Shown: positions 63,959 to 64,000 of the stretch, in pieces
Numbering within the stretch: position 1 is the stretch's first letter
How the letters are laid out: each line of letters starts with the position of its first letter
Notes under the pieces: model-generated
Seen by the model: only the letters and a program-made list of their open reading frames with translations
Database searches by the model: none
What the model was told of the DNA's origin: nothing
Virus record (IMG/VR): IMGVR_UViG_3300046170_000433
Coordinates: 11,616-75,615 of that record
Length of the DNA stretch: 64,000 bases
Reading direction: 5' to 3' (one strand)
From: a virus
Translations under genes and position numbers: made by a program

Positions 63959-64000
63959 ATGACAAATCTAATCAATCAAAATAATCAAGATCAAGCCAAT
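63959..64000 (+). CDS. 3'-truncated ORF (MTNLINQNNQDQAN...), probable first gene of the + strand early block
   Basis: ATG after an AATC/A-rich leader; open to the window end. Confidence 0.4.
   Translation, partial: MTNLINQNNQDQAN

Overview
The whole window is a tailed, temperate bacteriophage genome, with no host genes, probably podovirus-like and in the non-integrated state. Organisation: (i) a + strand block at 1-5320 with hypotheticals, a candidate structured ncRNA, an SNF2-like helicase and tyrosine recombinase 1; (ii) a long - strand morphogenesis operon at 5.3-51 kb with terminases, portal, scaffold, probable major capsid, holin-like genes, adaptor, tail/nozzle, several fibres, giant internal-virion proteins and a cluster of tiny basic proteins; (iii) integrase 2, whose 5' coding region contains an attP-like 3' half of tRNA-Val(GAC); (iv) a divergent switch followed by a + strand replication block (Sak/Rad52, PD-(D/E)XK exonuclease, RusA, initiator-like protein, DnaB, SSB, dNMP kinase, MazG); (v) a - strand block at 60.5-63.7 kb and a putative terminus/early-promoter junction at 63.7-64 kb. 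The most notable unannotated signal is a dispersed 24-bp palindrome, TGTWACCYA-N6-TRGGTWACA, in at least 13 copies. It abuts the start codons of late genes and of integrase 2, has a variant before recombinase 1, marks an in-frame internal ATG just after an ADP-ribosyltransferase-like module in the giant virion protein, and also lies inside replication genes. Many late genes are broken by small indels that most likely are sequencing errors. A Verrucomicrobia-like host is suggested by inference only. All calls come from reading the sequence; no searches were run.
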